Of a stretch of 64,000 nt of DNA, positions 1-12,668 are shown one piece after another (within the stretch, counting starts at the first letter, position 1; each line of letters begins with the position of its first letter). The notes under the pieces are model-generated. The model was not told the origin of the DNA and did no database searches. It worked only from the letters and a program-made list of their open reading frames with translations. Source of the stretch: Eledone cirrhosa (taxonomy: Eukaryota); contig OZ024741.1 in the NCBI GenBank assembly GCA_964016885.1, positions 333,064,001 through 333,128,000 on the forward strand, in the 5' to 3' direction. A program made the translations under genes and the position numbers.

Positions 1-1895
1 ACAGAATGGGGTCATTCCAAAGGACTGGCGTAGCAGCATCATCATTAACTGCTACAAGGGTAAAGGAGATGCCCTAGATAGGAGTAACTATAGAGGCATT
101 AAATTAATCGACCAGGTCATGAAGGTCGCAGAAAAACTAATAGCTCAACTAATCAGAGAGTGAATTGATCTAGATGAAATGCAGTTTGGGTTTGTGTCAG
201 GTAAAAGTACCACAGACGCCCTTTTCATTGTACGACAACTACAGGAGAATACCTAGCTAAAAGTAGACCCCTATACTTAGCTTTTGTTGACTTGGAGAAA
301 GCCTTTGACAGAGTCCCCCGCTCCATTATCCGGTGGGCTCTTAGAAAACTAGGTGTTGATGAATGGCTTGTGAGAGCTAAACAAGCCATGTATAAAGAAA
401 CAGTAAGCAAGGTTAGAATTAACAACGAATATAGTGAAGAATTTAGCGTAAAAGTTGGTGTTCATCAGGGCTCTGTTCTTAGCCCCATACTATTTATTAT
501 TGTCCTTCAGGCTATAACAGAGGAGTTCAAGACCGGCTGCCCATGGGAACTCCTATACGCAGATGATCTAACGCTCATAGCTGAATCAATGGCTGAACTA
601 GAGAAGAAATTCCAAACATGGAAGCATGGCCTAGAATCAAAAGGCCTTAAAGTTAACTTGTCTAAGACTAAAGTTCTAGTTTGTAGGAAGGAAAATAGGG
701 CACCGGTCCCATCTGGGAAATGGCCATGCTCAGTATGTAGGAAAGGAGTAGGTAGAAACTCCATTTTATGTCCCAAATACAAAGTATGGGTGCATAAAAG
801 ATGTAGTGGGATCACAGGTAAGCTAACTAAGAATATAGATTTTATATGTGGCCGGTGCTCTGGTGCAATAAGTAACAGCAAGTGTCAACAGAATACTAGC
901 TCATTCCATTGCACAGATGGTTCTATAGAAATAGTGGACATCTTCCGTTACCTGGGTGATAAAATCAGCAGTGGGGGAGGGTGCTCTGAAAGTACAGTAG
1001 CTAGAGTCAGAACGGGATGGAAAAAGTTCAGAGAGCTTATACCACTATTGGCCGCTAAAGGTTTCTCTCTAAGTATGAAAGGCAGGCTGTATGATGCCTG
1101 CATATTTACATGAAATGAGACCTGGGCATTGTGTGCAGAGGATCTACGCAGACTGGAGAGGAACGAAGCTTGCATGCTCCGCTGGATGTGTAATAGTAAT
1201 ATATGTGAACGGCAAAGCATAAACGAACTAAGGGAGAAATTAGGAATAAGAGGGATCAGATGTTGTTTACTCGAGAGAAGACTACGTTGGTACGGTCACG
1301 TGATGCGCATGAAAGACGACAGCTGTATAAAAAAGTGCAGAGCAATAAAAATAGACGGTAGCTATGGAGTAGGCAGACCCAGAAAAACCTGGGACGACTT
1401 GATAAATTCCGACCTCAGACACTTACACCTCTCCAAGACAATGTCACTGGACCGAGATCTTTGGTGCTACACAGTAATACAGAAGACCCGCCTTGCCTAA
1501 GTACAAAGCGAAACCTACAGTCAGTAGGCACCTCTAACAAAAATACACCCCTGTCCCACTGCCCCCACCCCATCCACACTACCCCATTCAATGTGAAGTT
1601 ATGTTGATAAAACAACATCCAGTCCGAAACAAATGAGGTTGTGTAGGTGTCACGACAAAAAAAACACACAGTCCACGCTGTAATGTGGCCGTTTAGGTAA
1701 CAGGGTAAAAACCTCCCAGTCCACACTGTAAACGTGGTTGGTGTTAGGAAGGGCATCCAGCCGTAGAAAACCTGCCAGACAGTCCTATACGAGCAAGACA
1801 ACCAATCTTGCCTCAAGTGGGAAAACTCCTGTCCAAACCCATGCAAGCGTGGATGATGGACGTTAAACGATGATGATGATGATGATGATGATGAT
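1..1895 (+). mobile_element. RTE-clade non-LTR retrotransposon, family B, 3' part (RT + 3'UTR + (GAT)n tail), degenerate
   Basis: ORFs 292-1113 and 1129-1500 give RT motifs (DLEKAFDRV, GVHQGSVLSP, LLYADD, FRYLG) and the RTE C-terminus (RRLRWYGHVMRM, GRPRKTW). Stop near 160, frameshift near 250 and a short deletion near 1110. Ends CGTTAAAC(GAT)n then (TA)n. Confidence 0.95.
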
Positions 1896-2055
1896 ATATA
1901 TATTAGAAAAGGGAAGTAAGGTTCTATAGAAAACAGTGGATATAGAGAAAAGCTGAAGAGTTGGAAATAGCACCGAAAATATATTTTAAGGTCTGTTTTT
2001 CTTTTTTTTCTCCTTTCTTTGATTCGTCAAAGTGACATTATTGAAAAGATGACAT

Positions 2056-2240
2056 GGATTGGCAGTATCGATAGAGGGTCGGACACCATGCTTTGATTCA
2101 TAGAGTTATGACCCTTGCTATTCTGAGTTCAAATCCTGCCGAGGTTAACTTTGGCTTTCATCCTTACGGGGTCGATAAAATAAAGTACCAGTAATGCACT
2201 GGGTAATTGCTGGCTTTGTGCCAAACATAGAAACAATTAT
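2056..2240 (+). mobile_element. tRNA-derived SINE (type 1) with 19-bp target-site duplication
   Basis: B-box GAGTTCAAATCC; conserved body GAGGTTAACTTTG..TTTCATCCTTACGGGGTCGATAAAATAAAGTACCAGT; ATTATTGAAAAGATGACAT occurs at 2037-2055 and 2236-2254. Confidence 0.85.
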
Positions 2241-3005
2241 TGAAAAGATGACATTATTGAAAAAAATGAGAGAGACAATTCTTTTAAAAAAGAGTTTTAT
2301 AATGTATATAAGTATATAAAGTATTACTGGTTTCGATGTATTATTAAAATTAATCTAATCAAATGTTGAGTATTACAATTAAAAAGAATTTATAGGAATT
2401 AAAAACTAAAAATTAAAGATTTAAAATTAAGTGCTGGAGTAAGTTTTTTTTCCCATCTTCCTTGTTCAGAAGTGGACTAGGGAATGAATTCTTGTGTATA
2501 GAGAGAGAAGTGTGTAGTCATGATAGTAGCAGTAGCATTGGTAGTTGTGTTTCTTCACAGAACAAAGTTGTTTTTTTTGGGGGAAAAGGAAATATTCTGT
2601 AAATATGTGTGTGTATATCTGATTGTGTTAATTGACTGGTCAAGAATTCAAATGGGGGTGGGGAATTGTAAGCTAGAGATAAGTTCTGTAGCAGCAGTAG
2701 GGTTGTAAAAGAAATTCTATTATTGGAATATGGTCTTAGGGAGTGTTTGTATAGTGTGAGGGTGTATATATAACATGTGTGTGGGGGGTTCTGGTGTATG
2801 TTTTTCAGCCTGCCTGTCACAGGTCCCTTTGTGGTGGGACATTAACATTTTTTTTTTGTTCCACCAGTGATTCATTGAGTCCCTGATGATAGGCCACTCC
2901 CCCTACCTGTCAATAAAATCATAACCACACCCCAAAAAGAGATTTGGACCAAATTAACTCTCATTTGCTATCTAAATGGTAAAAAGCTTAAACTAAGGCA
3001 GGAAA

Positions 3006-3055
<50 letters not shown>

Positions 3056-3057
<2 letters not shown>

Positions 3058-3930
3058 AAATTAAATTAGGGTAAGGTTGTCATGTCTGAGAGACATGTGC
3101 CATATTCACTGCAGAATAAGCTCAAAGAATAGTTCCGAGCATTTTATATCAACTAGAAATAGATTGACACATATATATATAAAATAAACACATGAAACAA
3201 TCTCAGGGAATAATTTGTAAAGTGTGTAAGCACACATAGCTAGGTAGGTAACTAATTAAAGTTTAACTAGAACTTTAAAATGATTAATTTCCTTTGTATA
3301 TATTTCTTTAAATAAGAAATATATTTCACCAATTAATCCGTAAATCACAGCAGTCAAATCCTGGATGGTCACCAATATATATATATATGTGTCAATCTAT
3401 TTCTAATTGATATAAAATGCTCAGAACTATTCTTTGAGCTTATTCTGCAGTGAATATGACAACCTTACCTTAATTTAATTTTGAATATATATACGGCCTC
3501 TTGATTGTAGAGCTAATTCAATTGAATGGACTCGGCTGCTATTTCTAGCTGTCTATAATCCTATTCACGCCACTGGGTTGACGCGGTGCGAGGTCTGTAT
3601 TTTTTATAAAATGCAACACGTGGTTCGAGTCATTCACAGATTTGCATTTGCTGTGTAAACACAGATGGTTGGATCTTCTCCTTTGGTGACCATCCAGGAT
3701 TTGACTGCTGTGATTTACGGATTAATTGGTGAAATATATTTCTTATTTAAAGAAATATATACAAAGGAGATTAATCCTTTTAAAAGGTATCTATATTTGA
3801 AGTTCTAGTTAAACTTTAATTAGTTACCTACCTAGCTATGTGTGCTTACACACTTTACAAATTATTCCTTGAGATTGTTTCATGTGTTTATTTTATATAT
3901 ATATGTGTCAATCTATTTCTAGTTGATATA
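3056..3930. repeat. Nested inverted repeats of a non-coding element
   Basis: 3056-3375 is the reverse complement of 3683-3930 joined to 3388-3483. Confidence 0.8.
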
Positions 3931-4217
3931 TATATATATATATAGTTAAATCTTAGACAGGAACAAAAACAGAGAGGCAGTACAAATATTTGTTTATTAG
4001 GTTCACATATATATATATAAATGTGTGTGTGTGAGTATGTGTGTGTCTGTGTAAAATAGTTTAGATGAGTTGATAAATAACCATATAAAGGCAAGGAATA
4101 ATTCAAAGCTCAAATGTGATTTTATAGTCCACAACAAGATAGGTAAAATACAGTTCAGAGTTTAATCCAATTGGTAAATTTGCAGTCACAGTAGTTTACA
4201 ATATCACAGAGCATATA

Positions 4218-4469
4218 TAAAATGATTAAAAATAACCAGAATTAAATTACATTAAATTATTTAATTGATGTACGAAGGTTTCTATCAATACAGTAAGAAA
4301 ATACATTTCTTCTGTATTGATTTCTTCAGAATCTATTAAACAACATAAATAATTGTTTACCAACCACATCTCTGGATACAGGAGAAATATATTTTTTTAC
4401 TGTATTGACAGAAACATTTGTAAATCAATTAAATAATTTAATGTAGTTTAAGCCTGGTTAATTTTATTC

Positions 4470-4472
<3 letters not shown>
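4218..4472. repeat. Inverted pair of pseudo-LTR-like segments (Penelope-type remnant)
   Basis: About 4218-4318 and 4375-4472 are imperfect reverse complements; the left arm holds a hammerhead motif. Confidence 0.7.
4267..4333 (-). ncRNA. Type I hammerhead ribozyme motif
   Basis: Minus strand: gatt-CTGAAGA-a-atcaatacag..ctgtattgat-a-GAAA-ccttcg-TA-catc. Perfect 10-bp stem II; stem I has a closing mismatch. Confidence 0.7.
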
Positions 4473-4519
<47 letters not shown>

Positions 4520-4520
<1 letters not shown>

Positions 4521-4945
4521 CATCATCATCATTTAACGTCTATCTTCCACGCTAGCATGGGTTTGACGGGAATTGTCCCACTTGAGGCAAGATTGATCGG
4601 GTGACCGTGTCTCACTCATATAGAACTATCTGGCAGGTTTTCTATGGCTGGATGCCCTTCCTAACACCAACCACATTACAGTGTGGACTGAGAGCCTTTT
4701 TACTATTTCCTAAATGACCACATTACAGCGTTGACTATTGTGTTGGTGGGAGTGGGAGGATGGAGTAGGGGTAGTGGGTTGGGGTGTATATTTGGTTTGG
4801 AGGGGCCTACTGACTGTAGGTTAACTTTGCACGTAGGGAAGGCAGGTCTTCTGTATTACTGTGTGGCGCAAAAGATCTCGATCCAGTGACATTGTCTTAG
4901 AGAGGTGTAAGGGTGCAAGGTCAGATTTTATCATGTCGTCCCAGG
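4520..4945 (-). mobile_element. RTE family B 3' fragment (ORF end + 3'UTR)
   Basis: Reverse complement matches about 1385-1890; (CAT)n tail at 4520. Confidence 0.85.
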
Positions 4946-5270
4946 TAAACACATACAGTCCAGGATTGGTGAGCCTTATATACCAGGATTACCAGATATA
5001 TAATACAAAATGAGAAATTTTCGTTTGGATAAATTAATGATTTGCATATGAGAAAACCTATGGTTAACATTGATTACTGACAGAAGTGATGAAAGTGATT
5101 TATAAATGAGAATGATAATTTAGGATACATTGACATAAATGTTCAAATGACATATAGGTTTAAATGTATAAGTAACTTTGGAGAAATAATTATTTCCAGT
5201 GACAAATGTAGGATTAGAACCCAGGGCCTCACAATTGGAAAGTGAAGTTTTTATTGCAGCAACATGGCTT

Positions 5271-8200
5271 CATCATCACCATCATCATCACCGTTTTACA
5301 TCCGTTCTTCTACGCTAGCATGGGTTAGACCGGTTGTCCTGTTGTGGGCAGTGTCTGGTCGGCTGACCATGCTTTGCTCATACAGGAACTGATTTGGCTT
5401 GATTTCTACAGCTGGATGCTCTTCCTAACACCAACCTCATTTACAGTGAGTCCTGGGTGCTTTTTCGTGGCACCTACACGTCCACTTTACAGTGTGGGCT
5501 GGGTGCTTTTTTGCCGTGGCACCTCCACGACCACCTTGCGGTGGGGGGAGTGGGGGCATATTGTCTATATACTTCAGCTTGTACCCATGGGAGGTCGGGT
5601 ACTCTGTATTACTGCGTGATGCCAGAGGTCACGGTCGTGTGTCATTGCCTTTGAGAGGTGTAATTGGGTAAGGTCGGCTTTTATCACCTCATCCCAGGTC
5701 ATCTTGGGTTTCCCCACTCCGCGGTTTCCATCGACTTCTATTGCTCTGCACCTTTTTATGCAGCTGTCATCCTTCATATGCATCACATGTCCATACCAGC
5801 GCAACCGCCTCTCCTGCACACAGCATTTGATTCCTCTTATGCTCAGTCGTTCTCTCAATTCATTTATGCTTTGTCGTTCACGTATATTACTGTTACACAT
5901 CCATCGGAGCATGCAGGCTTCGTTTCTCTCTATTCTACGTAAATCTTCCACCTTCAGCGCCCAGGTCTCACTACCATGCAACATTGCTGTTCGGATACAC
6001 GCATCATACAGTCTGCCTTTCATTCTGAGGGAGAAGCCTTTTGCAGCTAGCAGTGGTAGTAGTTCCCTAAACTTCTTCCATCCCGTTCTTACCCTAGTTA
6101 TTGTACTTTCTGAACACCCACCTCCACTGCAAATTCGGTCACCTAGGTAGCAGAAGCTGTCTACTGTTTCTACAGAGCCCTCCCAGAGATTGGTGGTACT
6201 TGTTTCCTGTGGCTGTTTGCTGCTTGCTGTCGCAGCACAGCTGCTGCATGTGAAGCCTACATTCTTAATTAAGATTCCTGAGATCCCGCTACATCTCTTG
6301 TGTACCCATTGTTTGCATTTGGGGAAGAGAATGGAGTTCCTACCTACACCTATCCTACATACTGAGCAAGGCCATTTCCCTGAGGGGATCTGGGTTCTAT
6401 TTTCTTGTCTACTTACAAGGACCTTAGTCTTTGTCATGTTGACTTTGAGAACCTTTCTTTCTAGTCCCTGCTTCCAAGTTTGGAATTTCTTCTCTAGTTC
6501 TACCATAGATTCAGCTATGAGTGCGAGGTCATCCGCATACAGGAGTTCCCATGGGCATCCGGTCTTAAACTCCTCCGTTATTGCCTGCAGGACTATGATG
6601 AACAGGAGAGGGCTAAGAACAGAGCCCTGGTGGACCCCAACCTGTACGCTAAATTCCTCGCTATACTCATTGCTAATCCTAACTTTGCTGACTGCTCCCC
6701 TATACATGGCTTGTACCGCTCTCACAAGCCATTCATCTACTCCTAGTTTTCTAAGAGCCCACCAGATTACAGCACGTGGAACTCTGTCAAAGGCTTTCTC
6801 AAGGTCGACAAATGCCAAGTAGAGTGGCTTACTTTTAGCTAGGTACTTTTCCTGTAACTGCCTCACAAGGAAGAGGGCATCAGTGGTGCCTCTTCCTGGT
6901 ACAAACCCAAATTGCATCTCGTCTATTTTCACCAGGTCCCTAATCAACTGTGCTATAACTCTTTCTGTTACGTTCATGACCTGGTCCATCAACTTTATAC
7001 CTCTATAGTTTCCTCTATCTAGTGCATCACCTTTACCTTTGTAGCAGTTGACAATGATGCTTTCTGCACCAATCTTTTGGTATGACACCTTCTAGTATTA
7101 CCTGGTTAACAATACGTGTGGTTATAGTGTGACCAACAGACCCAGATGCCTTCAGCATCTCGGCAGCTATACCCGATGGACCGGTTGCCTTCCCCATCTT
7201 CATATCTTTGATTGCCGTACTTACTACGTTGCTGCTGACTTGTACTGCTGGCCCCTCTATAGGGTCTACTTGGGGTAAGGTCTCTTCTTCCCATGCATTC
7301 TCCTCATTTAGTAATCTATCATAATGACTCTTCCATGCATCTTTCTTCTCAGCACTTGTGAGGGCAAGCTCACCTTTATCATTCCGGATACACTTCTCTC
7401 CAATGACATCACAACTATCTCTGACACACTGCCTCGCAATCTTGAACACCTCCTGTTTCTGGTCCTCACGTTGCAAAACATGCTTGAATTTTCTATCCTC
7501 TGCTTCCCTCCTAGCTAAGTATACTTGTTGCCTAGCTTCCTTCTTGGTCTCTATGTAATGTACCCTGCTCCCCTCATTCTTCCATTCTTTCCATGCCTGT
7601 CTCTTGGCCTTAACTGCTTCATCTACTTATTGTTCCACCACCAAGTCACTCTCCTCCTGCTTGAGGTCTTACTCCAACCACAGACCTCATCCGTCGCCTC
7701 TAGTAAATTATTTTTTAGGAACTCCCAGTTCTCTTCTACATTGAATGTCTCTATCTGTTCTTCTTTACCATCATAGGCGTTGAGTAAAATATCTTTAAAT
7801 CTGTTACTGGTTGAGGGGATTTTCAGCTTCCAGATCTTTCTTCTCCAGGTTGGCCTCTGTTTCCAGGTTCGTCTAGTTCTGACATTGAGGTCGCTGACAA
7901 CTAAGCTATGTTGGGATGTACATTCCTCACTAGGGAAGGCTTTTGTGTTTACGACCGTCCATCTGTCACGTCCTCTGATGAGGATAAAATCTAACTGACT
8001 AGAGTGCTCCCCTGATCTATAGGTGATCAGGTGGTTGTCAGGTTTTTTAAAGTTTGTGTTACATATCGACATGTCATTGGCGTCGCAGAATTCTAGAAGT
8101 CTGAATCCTTCCTCATTTCTTGTGCCAACTCCATGGCCTCCATGTACTCTATTGAAGCCGTCGCAGTGTTTACCTACGTGTCCGTTAAAATCTCCTGCAA

Positions 8201-8523
8201 TGATTAGGAAGTCATTGTCGTCTGTTAGAGCAGTAGTGTGTATTAGGGACTCGTAAAACCTATCCCTAAGTTCGTCTGGCAACGCCAATTGGGGTGCGTA
8301 AGCTGATATTATTGTGGTAATTGTTTTATTCAGGACTAGTCTGAGTTTAATGATTCTCGCATTTACCCTGTACACTGAGATTACTTTATCTACCCACTTG
8401 TCAGCTAGTAGTATACCTACACCACTCATCCCATCGTCATTTCCCACCCAGAAAAATTTGTAGCACCGACTTTTTCCTACAAGGACGCTCGCAGACTCTC
8501 CTCTCCATCTAGTCTCTTGCACA

Positions 8524-8525
<2 letters not shown>
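5271..8525 (-). mobile_element. RTE-clade LINE, family A, 5'-truncated, frameshifted
   Basis: ORFs 7623-8522 (APE endonuclease: QETRW, SAYAPQ, GDFNGHVG, LDFIL), 7033-7476 and 5574-7088 (RT). Highly similar to 12669-16380; (CAT)n tail at 5271. Confidence 0.95.
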
Positions 8526-8616
<91 letters not shown>

Positions 8617-8675
8617 ATAATAATAAATTTGAAGACTAAAATTTATTATTATTCATTAAATTTATTAAATTTATT

Positions 8676-8990
8676 CATTGCCAGAGAACGTCTCTATGAA
8701 CCACCTAATAGAATATTAGTCTACGATTTCTTTTATACCATAAACATGGTTTTTGTCTTCGGTGTAATTATTTTTCCCCGCTCAAAATAATGACGTATGT
8801 ATTCGTTTTTTCCCGTTCTTTGCCAGGGAACGTTTCCACGAACCAAAGTATCGTCTTCCTGTCTTCCTCCGGTTGCAACGTTTTTTAAAATATTCACTTC
8901 TGCGTTCACAGATTGACTTTGTTAGTTTCAGAAGATCCTGTTAAGGGTGAAAGCAGCAATTCTTTGCTTAAACTTTAATCTGTTATTTTA

Positions 8991-8996
<6 letters not shown>
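8676..8996 (+). mobile_element. Non-autonomous pseudo-LTR-like repeat with hammerhead-like motif
   Basis: Near-identical to 51078-51400; ends in AATAAA followed by (TA)n. Confidence 0.7.
8924..8974 (+). ncRNA. Type I hammerhead-like motif, U4A core variant
   Basis: agttt-CAGAAGA-tcct-gttaa-gggt-GAAA-gcag..ttgc-TT-aaact; stems I (5 bp), II and III all pair. Confidence 0.55.
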
Positions 8997-9066
<70 letters not shown>

Positions 9067-9119
9067 CAAAGAAGAGAGAAATAGGACGAAGGTAAACAGT
9101 TACAAAAAATTTAATCCAC

Positions 9120-9220
9120 GTATTAACAATTGTTTCATCAGAATTTCAGTCCATTATTGCTACACTATGTAATAATAGGCAATCAAGAAAGATACTGTAG
9201 CATCCGAATTTTCAAAATAC
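9120..9220 (-). ncRNA. Decayed type I hammerhead in Penelope pLTR
   Basis: gtatt-TTGAAAA-ttcgga..(long loop)..tctgat-GAAA-caattg-TT-aatac. Perfect 5-bp stem I; the core has two transitions from CTGAAGA. Confidence 0.5.
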
Positions 9221-9599
9221 AAAGTTGGAATGACCTGAGGAAATGAAATAAGGGGTAGTAGTGTAAGATAGAGGAACAGAGAGAGAGAGAGGGGAAAAAG
9301 AGAGGGAGAGAGAGAGAAAAGGGATGGAGGTAGGGAGAGAAAGAGAAAGAGATAGGGTGGTGTGAGAGGATTTGTATAGAATATTGTTAAGTTACAAGAA
9401 GGGAGGGGAGGAGGGTTGTGTGCTAAAAGTTGTGAAGAGTAGAGGGAGAGAGAAGGAAGATATAATTTTAAGTGGCATTTGATAGTGGACAGGCGAAAGT
9501 CTGACCAGAGTATAGATGAATGAAGAAAGTATTAAATTCCATATATAGTCTATTTTTAGGAGTGTGGAATTGTTATTTAGGGTAGAAAGAGAGGTAGTG

Positions 9600-10181
9600 T
9601 TAAGATTTGAAGTGTGAGAATTTCGCTTTCAGTTTATGCTGGCAAAAAATTGACTTTTCAATTTTGTTGTTTAGTAGTTGGTGGCTTGAGCTTAGAATAT
9701 GGAAGAGCTCATTATTACACAACGGGCACGTTTTCATCCCACTCCGGTATGGAGGAGCATGTGAGAGTTTGGTCCATTTAAGGGTGTATTGTCGGTTATT
9801 CCCTTTTAAGTGCCAAATTTTGTCGGCGAGGGTCGTTACGTAACGGTGTTGGTGGTGCTTTATTGCGTAACGATACGTGTACCAACGAGTTTTGAAGGTG
9901 TTTGCAGTGCTGCCTATGTAGTGCCAGGTTTGGTTGCCCGACTCAACCGAGCACCTGTACACTAGGTTTGAATGCAAACATTCGTTATTCAATGGACAAG
10001 TCTCTGGAAGGTGGCAATTACAATTTCTGTTATGGGCAGTGGTGGAGTTATAGGTGGGCTGGGATGTGTGTGTGAGTGTGTTTTGTGCATACTGTTTGTT
10101 AGTGGGTGGTTGTGTATTAGGTGTATTATTGTGTTGAGTGATTGGGGTGTTGTTGTTACAGAGTTTTTTGGCGTTGAGCAT
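9600..10181 (-). pseudogene. Penelope-like GIY-YIG endonuclease
   Basis: CNC-x5-CPL-x3-C motif, then LVY..WHYIGSTANTFKTRW, and C-terminal CPLC..E. Confidence 0.88.
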
Positions 10182-10195
10182 CTTAATGTGTGCGT

Positions 10196-10975
10196 CTAGG
10201 TTTGGTGCAGTGGAATAAGATAGTCTAATTGTTTTGGTATTAAGTATACTACTATATTTATGTGAATTTGGAAAGTGTTTTTTTTAATAATTTTGTAGAA
10301 TGTGGAAGGTAAGTTAGAGCTAATAGAAGAGTTAAAAATAGGATTATACCAAATGTAAGGTCTACCCCGTGTTCTGTTTTGCTTTGATGTTGCTGTTGTA
10401 TTTGTGGTGTGGTTAGTATTAGGAGGTCTAGGTGCGCGTGTGCGGATGTTTGTGGGGCGTTTGGCGTGTCTATGGTTATGTGTTTTATGGTTGTGTCGGG
10501 CCATGTATTCTAGTTTGTCGGTGTGGCCAGCCCGTTCTAATGCAGTGTTGTAGTATTCAGCGTGTTGATCGAATATTTGTTGGTTAGATGAGAGGCGGGA
10601 TATTCTAAGTGATATACTATGTGGCACGGACCTTATAATAGATAGTGGGTGGTTAGAGCTAGTGTGGATGTAGGTGAGGTTCTCATTGTTTTTGTGAAAG
10701 GGTGTGATAATTTGGGTGTTGAGGTTGAAGGTGGCATCTAGGAAGTTAACTACTCTGGTACTATATTCGTAGGTGATTTTAAGGCCAAGGCTATCTAGGG
10801 TTCTTCTAATGCTCTTACGGGTTCGCTCTATGTTTTGTTTATTCATGCTTTTAACTAATAGGAGAGCGTCATCTCTATATATTCCGCCTTGAAGGTAACT
10901 AAATTTATTATGTAAGGTGTGGGCTATGTATGTATCAACAATATCCGTAACTTGTGCTGAGTCATTAGTACCCAT
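10196..10975 (-). pseudogene. Penelope-like RT (motifs 4-7 and thumb)
   Basis: MGTNDSAQ, GGIYRDDALL, VNFLDATF, YIHTSSNHP, PLE thumb motifs; frameshift near 10280. Confidence 0.9.
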
Positions 10976-11040
10976 AGTTATGTCAATATATGTATATATG
11001 TATATATATATATTTATATATATATTTATTTATATATATA

Positions 11041-11205
11041 TGGCCATGTAGGTAACACGGTAAAAATCTCCCACGTGGTTGGGGTTAGGAAACCTGCCCG
11101 ACAGTCCCATACGAGCGAGACAACCAATCTTGCCTCAAGTGGGACAATTCCCATCTAAACCCATGCTAGCGTGGAAGATAGATGTTAAACGATGATGATG
11201 ATGAT
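11041..11205 (+). mobile_element. RTE family B 3'UTR fragment
   Basis: Matches 1686-1890 with internal deletions; (GAT)n tail. Confidence 0.8.
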
Positions 11206-11634
11206 ATATATAAATAAATATATATATATATATATATGTATATTACATAATACCTATTTAACTAAAAAAAATGCTGAGTCCACAGCACAGACTTAAATAT
11301 AAATATATATCCATGATAGATGAGCAATAAGTCAAACAAATGAATGTTGTCAGAGTGATTAAGTTGCTAAGTGATGGAGATAAACAGAGAACCGTGGAAA
11401 AGACCAGGCAATGACAAAAAAAACTAAACTAGTGTGACAATGTTCATCTATTCAGCGCTAGAATAAGTGTGGACGGTTTTTTATTTTGTATTCAGTCTTT
11501 TGATTTTCTTTATTTTAGGATATATTTTTTTTCTTTTTTTAGGGTGGCGGTGAGGGGTAAAGGGAGGGCGTGATAAAATATTGCTGTGTAACCTGTGTAA
11601 CAGCTCAACATATTAATCAAATGAAATAGAATGC

Positions 11635-11951
11635 TGACAACAACAACAACAACAATGACAATAATAATGATGACAACAGCAACATTGAAAGCAACAACGA
11701 GAAATACATCAGCAGCAATGTCAATAACAATGATAACAACAACAATAACAATAAAAAAAAACTATAAGATCAACAACAATGACAACAACAGCAGCAATAA
11801 AATTAACAACAACAATCATAATAACAACAACAACAATGATAACAACAATAACAAAACCAATGACAATTATAACAATAACAATGACAACAACAGTAATGGC
11901 AACAACATCAATGATAACAACAACAATAATAAAAATAGCAACAGCTACACC

Positions 11952-11986
<35 letters not shown>

Positions 11987-12375
11987 AAATAGCAACAACA
12001 ACTACACCAACAATAACAATAACAACTACGACAGCAACAATGGCAACAGCAGTAACAAAAGTGATGACATTTATAATAATAACTATGACAACAATAACAA
12101 CAACAACAGCAGCAATGATAACAACAACAATAAAAATAGCAACAACTACACCAACAACAACAACAATGAAAATAGCAACACGAACTACACCAACAACAAC
12201 AACAACAACAATGGCAACAACAATAACAAGAATAATGACAATTTTAACAATAACTATGACAACGACAGTAATAGCCGCAACAACAGCAATGATAACAATA
12301 ACAACAAAAATAACAACAACTACACCAACAACAACAACTACACCACCACCAACAACAACAATAACAATTACAATA
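11635..12375. repeat. Degenerate (AAC/AAT)n trinucleotide repeat
   Basis: Seen directly; gives the poly-N/poly-T ORFs. Confidence 0.9.
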
Positions 12376-12668
12376 CCTTTGCCAGAATCATTCTGAGTGT
12401 AAGCAAGAGGTAGATGTTAATGTAGAAGTTACATGTAATTTATATATTCTTATTTCTATATCAGTAAAGTAGAAAAATTGATAACAAAAGAACTATAAAA
12501 GATATACGGAACATTCTTGACAAACAATCACTAAAATACTGCTGTAAACAACATAATCAGTCATATATATATATATATATATATATATAAATGAAAATAG
12601 AGAAATTAATGTGAGCAAGAAGCCAACAGTATTTCATAATATATATATCTATATATATGTATATATAT

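Larger units (their letters stand above)
9062..10986 (-). mobile_element. Penelope-like retroelement (probably Naiad-like), 5'-truncated, with 3' pseudo-LTR
   Basis: RT and GIY-YIG ORF pieces followed by a pyrimidine-rich stretch and a pLTR with a decayed HHR; (TA)n on both sides. Confidence 0.9.

Noticed and set aside
1948-1992. CTGAAGA..GAAA hammerhead candidate
   Set aside because: Stem II is only 3 of 4 bp and there is no stem I pairing; may be a decayed motif but is not supportable.
9600-10181. Selenocysteine recoding as reported for some Naiad PLEs
   Set aside because: Conserved Cys positions are ordinary Cys codons in both copies; no in-frame TGA at those positions.
11631-12413. Asn-rich and Thr-rich ORFs
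   Set aside because: Translations of an (AAC)n repeat.
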